A stretch of DNA of 64,000 nucleotides from Callorhinchus milii. Taxonomy: Eukaryota. The position numbers were made by a program, and so were the translations under genes. Below the pieces are notes generated by a model that made no database searches, was not told where the DNA came from, and saw only the letters and a list, made by a program, of their open reading frames with translations. The stretch spans positions 95,916,001 through 95,980,000 of the forward strand of contig NW_024704742.1 in NCBI RefSeq assembly GCF_018977255.1. The letters are read 5' to 3'. This document shows, in pieces, positions 25,301 through 37,434 of this stretch (position 1 is its first letter; the number at the start of each line of letters is the position of its first letter).

Positions 25301-27479
25301 TTAAGAACAGCCCGTTTGCAAATTTTACCTTTTTGTATCTTAATTCAGTTTGATACACGAGTAATCCACAAACCTTTTTATGTCAAAGTATCACTTACGT
25401 GGGCCCACCTATAGCTACCATTGTGCTTAATCAGAACAGGTGGCTTTTCATCCTGAAGTGCTTTGTTAAAACTATGCAGACTTTGTGCTACTGTAGTTTT
25501 TTTTTCTTCTGTGAGAAAATGTTTCTCATTTCCCACAAACTGTAGTTTCCAGTGGACCTGCTGGCCAACATCAAATGTAAAGAATCTCAACATGAAGATA
25601 ACTGAGGCAATGGCCTCAGGTTATTCACTTTCATGCAGTGTTCCTTTAGTTCTGCTTCGTTGTGCTGTAGTTGAATCAATCCAAATGTGTTAAACTGGAG
25701 TTCGAACTACTTCTGATAAGAACATGGTGCATTTACACTGAGCAGAGTTGCGACACGCTGAAGATGTGAGAAAGAAACTCCCAGCTTCTTGGCAGCGGCT
25801 TAGCTTCTGTCAGTTGGCTAAGGTTCAGTGACATTCACAGCTGCAGCTGTGCAGTAAGCTTGTTTACATTGGGCACTGAGTCGCTGTTGGAGACCAGTTT
25901 CCATCCAGCGGGATTGGGAGTATGGAGGTGTGTGCCCTTGATAAGAGTTCTTTATTTTTATGGTTGCACTACTCTTCAGAGCTGTTGAACCCCTCTCTTA
26001 ACTTTTGGAAACATGTTTTCTCAAATTTATCTGCATTCTTGGATAACAGTGCCAGAATGTAATGTTGAGTTTTATTTTAAAACAAACAATTATTTCTTTG
26101 CTTTGTAAGTTTTTTGTTTGCATCTTTGTACTTTACAATGGAAAGTGGGAATTCAATAGTTACAGTGACTGCAAGCTCCCCCCACCCTCTCCCCCTATCT
26201 TTACATTTCTTTAGATAGCTAGGTAATCTATTAGCTAAAATGTGAGTCGATACACACTAAGTAATGTCTGCAGCTTACTTTTGAGCTAGCTGTTGATGGA
26301 TATGCCTGAAATATTTTGTGCCGTTTGTTATGTCAGGACTTAGTGTCTACTATAGTTTTAAGCACAGAGTTGTGATCCTGTCACTGTTAATAGCTCTGCA
26401 AAGTGGGGATGAATGCAGTTTGTTAAAGGAGTATTACATTGGAGACTTCTAAATTTGATTGTGCCAGAACTATTGAAACAAATCATTGAATTTGAGAATA
26501 GATAGAAAGATAAGATCCTCCAATTACTCAAATGATTTGGGGATTGAGCCAATGTTGCTATGGAGATCCTAGATGGAACAAATTAAATTTTAAAGAATGA
26601 AATAATCTTCAAGTGCTTCTGGGATCAAGAATTTTGGCAGTTGCACTTACATGGATTAAATTTGTGTTGACAAGTTATTGTATGACATTTGTGTACTGAA
26701 GAACTCCATTATAAGAATTGGCATAAATCTTAAGTTTTTTAAAAAAAGCTAATTTTGTTTGGATTTGTAAAATTTCAAACTTTTTTTTTAAAAAAAGGAG
26801 TCTCTGTTGTGTGAAGTTTGGTTTCCGAACCACTTTGATGGGAACGATCGACATTTTTGATGCACCATATTCAGAAGCGTTTGGTTCAGGCTTTCTCATT
26901 ATGTTAGCAAATCAATTAATGGAAAACATTAGTGTACTGACCATTTTAATTGAGTGACATGGATTCTTTTTTTAAAAAAAAAGTAAAGCCCTGAAGGAAA
27001 GCCTTTCAGTCATATGTCTGCTAAAAGACAAATGGAGATGAAAATTGGCTTGAGGTCAATAAGCCATTCGTGGTGGTCTGACAGCCTTCGATTTTTCCTT
27101 GTGCCTTGGAACAGATCAACTCAAATGATTCAATAATGAGAAAAAGTGCAACATTGAGCTTTCCCCTGGCGTATTATCATGTCACAGGTTAGAAATGGAA
27201 AAAAGCTCATCTTGACCATTTTTAGAAACTTGTCATTATCTATTCGTAGCAATGTAAAATTACAAATCTCTTACCAGCCGCCTCCGAAAAAAATCAATGG
27301 CTATGGATAGATGATAAGAGGAATGTCAATATTTTCTTTAATCTCCCATCTCTGGAAATAGTACAGAATTATGTTTTCATCCCCTACCTTTTGCTTGGCT
27401 ATTTTAAAAAAAACTGTCATCTCCATGAACATGTAATATCAATTGTTGAGCTGCAACATTTTGACTGAATTTTTAACTG

Positions 27480-28000
27480 TTGTTCGTGTCTTTGTCAGAC
27501 TTCAGATTTGATTTCCCAAATGCCTTCTTCGCTGGCCTCCCAGCTTCACTATCCACAAACTCCAGCTCACCCAAAACTCTGTGGCCTGAATCCTGTTTGT
27601 GCCCATTACCCCCATTCTCGGTAGACTCCATCGTCTCCTGGCAGATTGACTTCAAGATGCTCACCTTCATATTCAAATCCCTTCACATGTTTACATATTC
27701 CCACCGCTGATTTGCTTTCTACCCTTACATTTATGATCACCCTTCCACTTAACAAACTAAAACCAACATTTATGATCATCCTTCCACTTAACAAACTAAG
27801 ACCACTGCGCAGCCCTGCCCTCTACTGTGCCTGAAGCTGCTATACCCCACTCTCTAGAACTCCCATATTACTCCTTTCTATTGATCTTCAAAAGAAATCC
27901 TAAAAACCTAAGTCTTTGACTACCTCTTCCTTTCTGGGTATTTGGCGCTGTCTGTAAAGTACTCCCAAGACATTGCTGCATATGAAGAATGCCATATTTG
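27480..28000 (+). mobile_element. Decayed L2-clade LINE 3' fragment with a 39-bp tandem duplication
   Basis: Frame-shifted RFDFPNAFFAGLPAS / IHKLQLTQNSVA / QIDFKMLTFIFKSLH parallels the 55 kb copy. Duplicated unit at 27727-27765 and 27766-27804. Confidence 0.75.
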
Positions 28001-29452
28001 TAGAACAAGTTAAGTTTTCAAAGGGTCAATACGATCTTATCTAGGACGAAAGGCACATAACAGACTGTTGTGACTGGTCTCAAACCCTGCTGCAGAAGTA
28101 CATAAAATTATGAAATAATAGGACCAATTGGAAAAGATGAATTGATATTGTGTATTAAGTAAAAGCTGATGATTAAATCTGATATTGGATTTTTTTTTCC
28201 ATAGAAGCATAAAGTGTTAAATATTCTTGAGTGAAGAGAAATACTTTGTGGATAAATAAGAGAAACATGAAATGATTAATAGGAAATTAAAATCTGTTCA
28301 AAGAGGGACATAACAACAAGATTACATTTGTATAGTGCAATAACAGTTTATAGAAGTATCATTTTGCTGCAGCAACCATTCATCCTTTAATGCAATTCCT
28401 GGAATTCTCCCCCACTTTGATGATGGGGAGTTGTCAATAGCCTATTGAACTAAATGGAACCACTTCAGGATATGGCTCCAATGTTAGTGACTGTAGCATA
28501 AATGGTTAGGGTTATAATATTGCTGGGTATTTGACTCCATGCCCTCTCATGCATATATGATGACGTCCTGACAACGTTCAGCAAATAGTGGTGTTCATGA
28601 TGTATATTTCTAGTATAATCATGTAGATACTGAATAGGTGTTAAAGAATTTATCAATTCTGCTGACTCTTAAACTTCTCCATGGTAATTGTTAAATCAAA
28701 TGCTTGAACAGGCATTTTCTACTGTGTTCATTTTCAGAAGCAATCTCAGTGTAGATTGAAAATAAGTTACTCGTTGTACTTTAAAATCTCCTAAAACAAG
28801 AATTTCACATTCATCGCTGCATTTAAGTGTTTGATCTCTACAATCTCTACAAGTATTAACATAAAAAATCTAGAACACAAGTTCTGTGAAGGTTCTGTTT
28901 ACCACATGCGATTTAATCTATGAAATTATTTTCTTGTTCCTTGGAGATTATAAGAAAGTGTCAGATTAATAACCAACTGATGTCCTGGTACTGTAGTAGG
29001 GAAAAGAGGAGAAGGAAACAAAATTTTACAATAATTGAAACAGCTTAGGTTCCATGAAGCTAAGCTATTAAGTTGGAAATGTTAGTCTTGTGTGACATAG
29101 AGAACATTCTGCAATAGGAGAGGAAGGACGGACTATTTTCAGAGGTAGAAGCAAACTAGTTTCCTATTAAGAAGAGGGTCAGCAACCTATTTATGTACTT
29201 TATTGAACTTCCTTGCTTTTCTGACCAAGTGTCCCTAAATATTTTAATGGAAGATTTTAATGACTTTAAACTCTAGTTCTTCAGCTTTAGTGAATTTGCA
29301 GATCTGAATAATTTTGTTAGTGTACAGCTGAGGAGCAACTTCGTGTTTCAGCAAATGATAAATTGTAAATAATCACTTTGTTCTGTTACACAATCGTGCA
29401 AATACACAATTCCCCAAGTGTAAAGTATTTTCAATTGGAGTCTCTGAGAAAT

Positions 29453-29675
29453 AGAGTTAAGATGAACAATCTGGAATGCTTTGCCTGAAAGTGTGGTGGA
29501 AGCCGATTCGATAATAGCTTTCAAGAGAGATGTAGTTAATTATTTGGGGAGGACAAGTTTGCAGGGCTATGGGGAGAGTGCGGGGGAGTGGAATTGAATT
29601 GGATAGCTCTTTTCAAAGAGCCGGCACAGACACGATGGACCAAATGGCCTCCTTCTGTGCTGTATGATTCTGTGA
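29453..29675 (+). mobile_element. CR1-clade LINE 3' end
   Basis: Translates WNALPESVVEADSIIAFKRDVVNYL..LQGYGESAGEW*, then the tail gatggaccaaatggcctccttctgtgctgtatgattctgtga. Confidence 0.85.
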
Positions 29676-31960
29676 ATTTGTACAATGCCTGTACAGTATT
29701 AATCTATGTTGTGAACATCAGGCTACATTTAATACAGCTTGGTACTTGAATTGACTTGTCACACAAGTAGGCAAAATACCTCTCGTGAGATCATACCAGA
29801 CTGATCATTTTTTCCAGGGGATAAGGAAGGTATTTTATAATGTAATGGTGTTTCTTGATCCACTTACACTAACTATTCCTTTGAGGGAGGGAGAAGAGAA
29901 TGGAGGCATTTATTCTGAACAGTGTTTCAATGGAACGCCCAAATTAAAAAGCTTAAGTTTATTGAGGAATATCTAGTTCTCAGAGTAGAAAGCCTATTCT
30001 GCACATACAATTATTACGTGGCAGATCCTGGAAATGTTTCCAGTTTGTTGCAGAGTACTTGTCAGTATTGTAAATTTATGCAGTTGACATGCACGTTACA
30101 GCAGCCTAATAGTAAAATTGCTTTCTCTTTTGACAGTATTATTAATTATTGGGTTTCTGTAATGCGACATCAGCACAGTCATGCTTGAGGTATTCATAAT
30201 TACTGTTAAAATGTCAAACTGAAAGCCATGTTGCTGTTTTTAGTTGTTCTTTTTAGTCTTACAGTTTGCTCGTTCAGTATAAACAGAGCAAATAATTTAA
30301 GCATGGCTTAAAAAAGTCTAGGTCAGTGCTTTAAGCTGTTAATTAGTGAGAATCCAAGCAAGAATACAAAATGTCATATACTCGTTCATCATGCAAAACA
30401 CAGCAGAATTCCTTCATGCTAATTTTAATCATTCTCAAAAGGAGGAAAGTACTCCAGTAAGGGGCCTGCCAAGCTTGTCATTTGCGAATAAATCAAAAGG
30501 CCATCATCGCTGTAGCAGGAACTGATGAATGGAATTGCTTTGTCGTTCTTTTGATGGGTCCTGCTCTTAAGCTTGCTATTAAAAATGAATGCAAACATTC
30601 TGGCATGTTTCAAGAGCTCGCATTAGGAACATAAACAATGACGGGCACTTGAGAAGCTGGGCTAAGAGCTGCCAGACAGATACAAGAGCTTCCTCTTGTA
30701 GATGGGCCCACAATCTGCCTTGTGAGTGAAGGAGAGCGATGCAATTAGTGCTGCCAAGCCTGGCTTTACAGCTTTCAAAAGAAAGTTTATAACTAAGGGG
30801 AAAAGATAAACATTGTATTTTTAAAAATTTGCATATTTGTAAAATGTTAATCACTACAGAGTGGTTGTTTATACAGATGACAGCTACTACATTTAATGCC
30901 AAAATAGATTTTTGAAAACTTTTTATAACGTGAACAGATTTATTTTTTTAAAAAACGGAGCAATCTGAAGCTGTAGTGTTAATATCAGTATGCATTTCAG
31001 TTACCTCTACTCTCCTCAACTGTTTCTTCTGCCTCCTTTTCTCAGGTGATATTGCATCCATATTTCTTTGAGCTGTGCAGGAAGCCCTCAGCCTCTTTGG
31101 CAATGGTGCTGTTTCACATGCTGAAATATTGGCACAATTGTGGGTGTGGATTTCATTGTCTGTTAGTCTTGAGACAAGCTTCCTCTTGAGAGTTGTGAAG
31201 TGAGCATCTTTAAAGCTGTAGAAAAGCTATTTTTTTCAGAGGGGAGGTGGGTGAAGATAAAGTATTATGGCAACCCTTGGGATGTTATTTACTTGCTATG
31301 AGTGGTACGGACCCATAATTCACAAGCGAGTTATAACTCATGCCGGACATTGGTTCTAATTTGTAGTTCATGTGTCTTTGTGATGCATTCTGTTTTATAC
31401 CAACTTTTAAATGTTTTAAGTTGGGTGCACATTATACGCTTTCTTTCCAGTGTTGTTGGGAGATAATCAGTCTATTGTTTCAAGTGGGTTTACAATATTT
31501 GCAAAATCCATTCAAAGAGAATGTTCAATTGGAAAATGGGTCTTGTAATCAGAATGTGAGGCCTTCTCTGGAAACATGTAATGGAAATGGCTTTGTCACA
31601 GATGGTATAAGAGGAAATTTGTATTTATACAGTTTAGGCTTTTTTTAAAAAAAAGCATTTTGCACAGTGTGATTCTCGCATCTGAATTTAACCATTACTA
31701 CCACTTCTATCAAACTGTGCTCTGGTACTCATCAAATGAAAACTGGTAATTTATGATTTTGATCCGTTTGTCAAAGCAATACTTTGATGCACCACACTAG
31801 GTTGTGGTCTAGAGGTTGGTGGCAATGCACTTATTTACGCATCTTAAGTTGTATTCACCAGGCAGAGATCCTGGTACCTACTGTCTGCCGAGTGAGGACT
31901 TGTGTGCTTGTTAAATGCCTAATGACCAACATTAGGGTAGAGTGGGGGTAGAGAGAGGAA

Positions 31961-32320
31961 GTAAGCAGGGAATCTTTGGGGCTAATACTTTGAAGCTGAT
32001 TCCTGGCAATATTATATTGAAATCAAATTGATACTCTATGGGATCTCACTTATCCAATACTTAAACTAGGCAGATCAGCATTACTCCAGGGCACTGTTAA
32101 TGATATGCCAGTTTGCAGTTATGCCAGTTAACCAGTGTTGGAGAAACAGACCAATCACTGGTTACTGGGATTCTTCCTACTCGCCTCCTCTTATCTCAGC
32201 AAGCCAAAGCCCTAACAGATAGTTTAATTCTAGTCTGTTAAGCAGCAAGAAGCTTGCGAGCACGCACAATGATAGGCTGCACGGTTAGTGTGTTAAACTC
32301 TAGCAGTATCCCCAGTGCAC
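31961..32320 (+). repeat. Unclassified interspersed repeat, copy 2 (intron 4)
   Basis: Blocks gtaagcaggg, gggcactgtt.atga, tcctactc, gcaagccaaagccctaa, aagcttgc and ttaaactc.agca occur in the same order and similar spacing as in copy 1. Confidence 0.75.
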
Positions 32321-33689
32321 ACTGTAAGTTCACCAAACCTTTCCAACTTGCACTTAAATCTTTCGGGATTTGGTAAGCAGCATGCATATCTCAGATAAAT
32401 GGAAACCATACATATTTGAAGGTCTCTGTACTTGGTTTGGATTCTCTTAAGTATATTGGTTTCCATGTGTGTCCGAGATTCAGTTGAGCCCCCCAAAAAT
32501 GAAAGGATGATAAATTCCTGTTGAGGTACTCAGAAAATTCGCAGTAGCTTGGCTTGCATTCTCTCCCTTCAGCAGTATTTTCTCTTCCTTTAAAACAAAG
32601 GGCTGAGAACATTCTTGGCAGATTCATTATCTGTAACATCACTTTGATGAAAAACGTGATGTACTGATCCCTTTAACCTTGACTAACTTGTGGTAATTGT
32701 GCATTCATTTGCCTTCAGGATATTTTTGTGCTGTATTTAGATGAATAATAAATTGCTTGTTTTGTATATTGAAGTAAGAGTGAACATATTTAATGGGTTT
32801 ATTTTTGGCCAAGTACTTCCAAGGTTCAATGTGTGCATTCCATAAAGCAACTTCAGTTCTTCAATTCGAGATTAAGTTTACAATGTAGAAAGTTTTTTTT
32901 TCTACCCACTAGAAATTTTCATCTGAGATTCAGAATATGCACTGTGCTGATTTGGCGCATATTATCCTTTATGATGGACTATTCTGGCCTCAATATCTGT
33001 AATATTTCCGCATCATTTTTCCTCTTCTACCTTCCCCTCCCCACCAAAAAACTAATTTGCCTTTTCATCCTTCTAATGTAAATGAAGCTCAGTGGGAAAT
33101 GTTAATACGTTTAAATGAGGCTATATGGCTAATTCTGTAGGTCAAATGTGATGTTGATTTGTGACCTTTCTATGACTAGGGTGTTGAAGCTAAAGGGATA
33201 ATCTTACTTGAGAAGCTATATACTTCTAAAGGTTTAGTACACAAATAGTTATTAAAACAAGCTTTTATATGTATGCATAGTATCACTCGTTCTTTTGTGA
33301 TGATCCAATTGAAGTTTCAATGAGATTAATGCCTTATTTTGCAAAGGCAAGATTCTGATAATTAATGTTGTGTGATTTTGATGGAATACCTGGAGACTAT
33401 TGTAACAGATTTGTGTGTGCAGGCAATCTGTTCACGTGAAGCATCTTATTATGGATTCCTTTTTAGTTTTCAAATATAAATCCATGTATTGGTCATAAAT
33501 TGGTAGCTTCCTCTTAGGTGGATTTTTAAGGACAAGCCAATGTGATTGTTAAAGCAGGACATGTCCTTTAAATGAATCGTGTTAAGTTGAGCTGCCCTAA
33601 AAATGCATGAGATTAGATCTATTCTATGAGACTTTTGCACATATTTATAGCTAAGCCCCTTGGCACTCAAAGCACTCATATAGTATAAA

Positions 33690-33985
33690 TGTCAGCCTGG
33701 CTCACTTGGTAGTGCTCTAGCCTGTGAATTAGAAGGTTGTAGATTCAAGGCCCATGTTGGGACTTTGAGCTCACCTAGTCCAATATAATGCTGGGATGTG
33801 GGGGAGGGGGCACGGGCTCTGCATTGTCGAGGGTGCCGTTTTCATATAGGACTTTAAACTGCGATCCCATCTGCTTATTCAGGTGGACTTCAATAATCCC
33901 TTAGCTTGGTTATGTTACTGTCGCAAATGGTTATGTTACTGTCGCAAATTGTTTGCCGTTTTTGGCTACAATTATGACTGACACC
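33690..33985 (+). mobile_element. Old DeuSINE-like element with an internal 21-bp tandem duplication
   Basis: tRNA-like head gtcagcctggctcacttggtagtgctctagcctgtgaattagaaggttgtagattcaagg, core ctgcttattcaggtggac, and tggttatgttactgtcgcaaa x2 (33907-33948). Confidence 0.75.
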
Positions 33986-34088
33986 TGCAATACAATAAAT
34001 CCAAATTACTATAATAATAATAATTCTTTCATTTAGGATCCTAGCGCATCAATTTACATTTATAAAGCGCCTTTCAAATCTGAAATAC

Positions 34089-34263
34089 AACAGAGGTTGC
34101 TGGGAACATTCAATGGGTCAGACAGCATCTATGGAGAGAGGAAAGTGAGTTAACGTTTCAGGTCGACGGCCTTTCGTCAGACCATTATCGACCTGAAACG
34201 TTAACTTACTTTCCTCTTCATGGATGCTGCCTGACCTGCTGAGTGTTCCCGGTGACTTCTGTT
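34089..34263. mobile_element. Inverted-repeat (hairpin) element of probable Penelope-like origin
   Basis: Arms 34089-34166 and 34188-34263 are complementary. The minus strand carries CTGACGA-AAGGCCGTCGACCT-GAAACGTTAAC. Confidence 0.7.
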
Positions 34264-34670
34264 ATTACTTTTCTATATTTTCAAGTTGGTAATTGTCGCA
34301 CACAAAAAATGTGGTTTTAAAGTACAAATGACTACTGTCTGGCATGGCCAAAAAATGACATGACTTGTGGTTTAAGTAAAAAGAACCTGCGCTGAGCCAT
34401 AATCATGTGTGTGATATAATTGGGACTGTGATGTTTCTACTTGCATCTGGTGTGTTATTTAATGGTGGTGTATATTTTCCCTCTGCTTCAAGCAGGTGTT
34501 TATTAAAATGAATTACAAATGACAATTTCTCTGATCAGATTTAGGACACCATAAGATAGCAATATCGAGACCAGAAAGGATTATTCAAAACATGATAAAA
34601 TTGCAGAACCGAACAATCTCAACAAGAGCTTGAATTCCATATTCTAGTAGATATCTAGTATTGACTTAAA

Positions 34671-35580
34671 AATAATAATCTTTGCATTTAATATAGCACT
34701 TTATTGCGTTGATTAAATATCTCAAAGCACATCATAGGATTTACTCTGAAGTGTACTGATTTGGATTTGTAGTTGAACATGGCAGTCAATTTGTATCCCG
34801 CAATTTCCCACATAGAACAATGAGATGAATGACGATTTACATTTTATACAGTGCCTTTCATTTCAGGAGAATGTCTCAAAGTGCTTCACACAACCCACTT
34901 GGGTGCTTAAGTTTCGGGAAGCGGGGAGGGAGAGAAGGTTCCTGAAAGCAGTTGAAAAGAGATGTCTGGAGGGTGGGGAGGGGAAGACAAAGGTGGAAAG
35001 ATTCTGGGTTGGAGCCCAAGAGAATGGGGCAGATTCACTGGATGCTCACCCACTGATGGTAGGGCTGATTGAGTAGGGGATGTCAAACAGATTGCCAGTT
35101 GTGGGGTTGCAAAAGGTCACAAAGTTAGGATAGGGTGAGGTCATGAAGGGAGTGTAGGGTAGGTCCTGGGGGTCTGGCAAACAGGGCATTGAAATCTTGA
35201 GTCTGGTTGTGATGGAGATGAGGGTCTCAGTAGCCGGGGGGAGAGATAATGGTGGAGTCGGATGATGTTGTGGAAGGAAGAGAAAGATGAGCGATTGAGA
35301 GCAATGATGTAGGGCTTCAATTGCGGACCAATATTTATTTTGGTTGGTTAGGACACCGGGAGAAACTCCCTACACTTTGTGACGAGTGCCAAGGTGATAT
35401 TTGTCCACCTGAACAGACAGACGGGACTTTGGTTTAACATCCCATTTAAAGGATGGCACTACTGAGAATCCCACACTTCTCCTCTCCCTCTCCCTCATCG
35501 CTATCCCACCCCAGCTTTAGGGGTGTCAGCCTATACTGTGAGCTCAAAGTCCTGACTCTGAGGAGAGAGTTCTACCATAC
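34671..35580 (-). mobile_element. Old DeuSINE-like element interrupted by a degenerate L2-like 3' fragment (34834-35325)
   Basis: The SINE tail stops at tgagatgaatgac (34833) and resumes at gaccaatattt..aggacaccgggagaaactccc (35326). The insert begins with its own tail (ttacattttatacagtgcctttca..tctcaaagtgcttcac) and is purine-rich like 55060-55550. Confidence 0.65.
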
Positions 35581-35846
35581 ACCTAATGTCCCATTTATTT
35601 GTGGTTGGTGCTGCCATACTCTTCAAGCGAACTAAGCACAGACATAGTTCATGTCGAGTTCCACTCTGGGTGTTTTTACCCAAAGAGGCTCCAGGGGGTT
35701 AGGAAATGCATGTTTCACTTGATAAGGTGACAAGGTTCTGTTTTTTTTACACAATCGTTATAATGACGTATTCACAACATGTTTGAACACCAGTGTGATG
35801 ACTGGAAGTTTCTTTGCTGACTAACATTTTTTTTCTTCTTATCCAG

Positions 35847-35909
35847 ACAGAAATAGCGAAAAGATTGAATACAATTTGTGCGCAAGTTATCCCCTTTCTG
35901 TCTCAGGAA
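35847..35909 (+). CDS. TLE1: TLE1 exon 5, TEIAKRLNTICAQVIPFLSQE
   Basis: Branch-like ctgactaac (35817-35825), T-rich tract and atccag acceptor. 63 nt, GAA|gtaagt donor. Confidence 0.97.
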
Positions 35910-36658
35910 GTAAGTAAACATATTGGAATATTTGGTGTTTAAAGTACAATTATGTGGGTCTTAATTTAGTGACAAAAGATGTTAATTTTGTCTCAAATGA
36001 TGACTGTTTTATATATTGGTGTTTCGGGGGGTGGGGTGTAAACCACCTGATAACTTTAATATAACAGGCGAGGATTGTGCATATCCTATCAAACCGGTTT
36101 CTGGTTTTATATTCATTGGAATTTTCCATTAAATGGACACCAATTAGGCCAAAGTTTGCTTCAAATTTAAAATGTACGTTTATTGAATGTCAGTAAATGA
36201 ACACTTTGAGGAAGAAAACTTATGATTATCCTTTCTACTTTGATACCCCCTTCAATAAAAAGCCCTCAAATACTGCCCAAAGGCAAAACCGAAAAATTGT
36301 AACTGAGTTACATCTCTAAGCAACATTGGGATGTAATTTGCTACATTCACAAGCCGGATTTGTTGCTTTCATTTTAACTTCCTGTTTGTGAGATGCACAG
36401 CCAGCAAATTGACAGTTGACTAAGTTTGAAACCATGTCAGTCAGCAAAACCAACTTTGCCAACTTGGCAATTGTGCCAGTCATGAATTTCACAAACCACA
36501 AATTATAATTGACGCAACTAATCAGGGTTTTGAACATTCCACAATAGACTCACGGCTTTTAGGGGCAGGTGAGATGAGTCAAATCTGCATCGCTGTTGTG
36601 ATGTGCCTTTCTGCATTGTAACTGTAGTGGTGGTCTTGTGGACCTCCAGTTAGCATTC

Positions 36659-36952
36659 GGAGTCCTGTAGCTCAGTGGTTAGAGCACTCGCTTTGCAAGT
36701 GAGAGACCTGAGTTCAATTCCAGGCAGAGGGCGGAAAGCCTAATAATAATCCCTCCAAAAAACCAAAAACAATAATTAATTGGTCATTTTCAATCTACGA
36801 CTGTTTGTGGGACATTGCTGTGCGCAATTGGCTGCCGCGTTCGCCCACAAATATACAGTCAATTCACTTTACAGTGTGTTCTGTGAAGCGCTTTGGGACG
36901 TCCTCCCGACGTGAAAAGCGCTATATCAAATGCAAGGATTATTATTATTATT
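36659..36952 (+). mobile_element. Young tRNA-Ala-headed SINE with a short internal deletion (intron 5)
   Basis: Same head, body and tail as the other copies. Lacks the ttgggcaagtttccttactccaca linker. Confidence 0.92.
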
Positions 36953-37359
36953 GGTGAGCAGACTAGGCCCGGCCTCTCACAGACTTAAAAAAAATGGATT
37001 GTTTGAGACGCTGCTAACGTAGCTTCTTGCACGCTGATTTCACTTTGCAAAGAAAGTGATGCTGGTGGTGCTTTGATTTATAGGACAAATATGCAGTGCA
37101 CAGAACGTTACCTGGAAGTTGGGCAATTATGCGGGAAACCGGTATCCATGAAGCAACTCACAAGAACTGTGGAGAACCGGAAGTGGGGTGTTTTTTCTAT
37201 TTTGTTATGAGTCATCCAGACAACCATGTTACAACTGGCTAAAATAGTGCTTATGGTGCATGAACGTATGCACTTTAGCTTACCTGTAAACTTCAACAAT
37301 AAGTTTTGGAAATTCAGCACAGTAAATGATTTAACATCATGAATCTTTCTCTAAACTAG

Positions 37360-37434
37360 CATCAGCAGCAGGTGGCACAAGCAGTGGAGCGTGCAAAGCA
37401 AGTGACCATGGCAGAGCTGAATGCAATCATCGGG
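37360..37434 (+). CDS. TLE1: TLE1 exon 6, [25 protein letters not shown] (alternative donor at 37464 adds [10 protein letters not shown])
   Basis: aaactag acceptor, 75 nt, GGG|gtacgt donor. A second in-frame donor ACA|gtgtgt lies 30 nt downstream. Confidence 0.96.
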
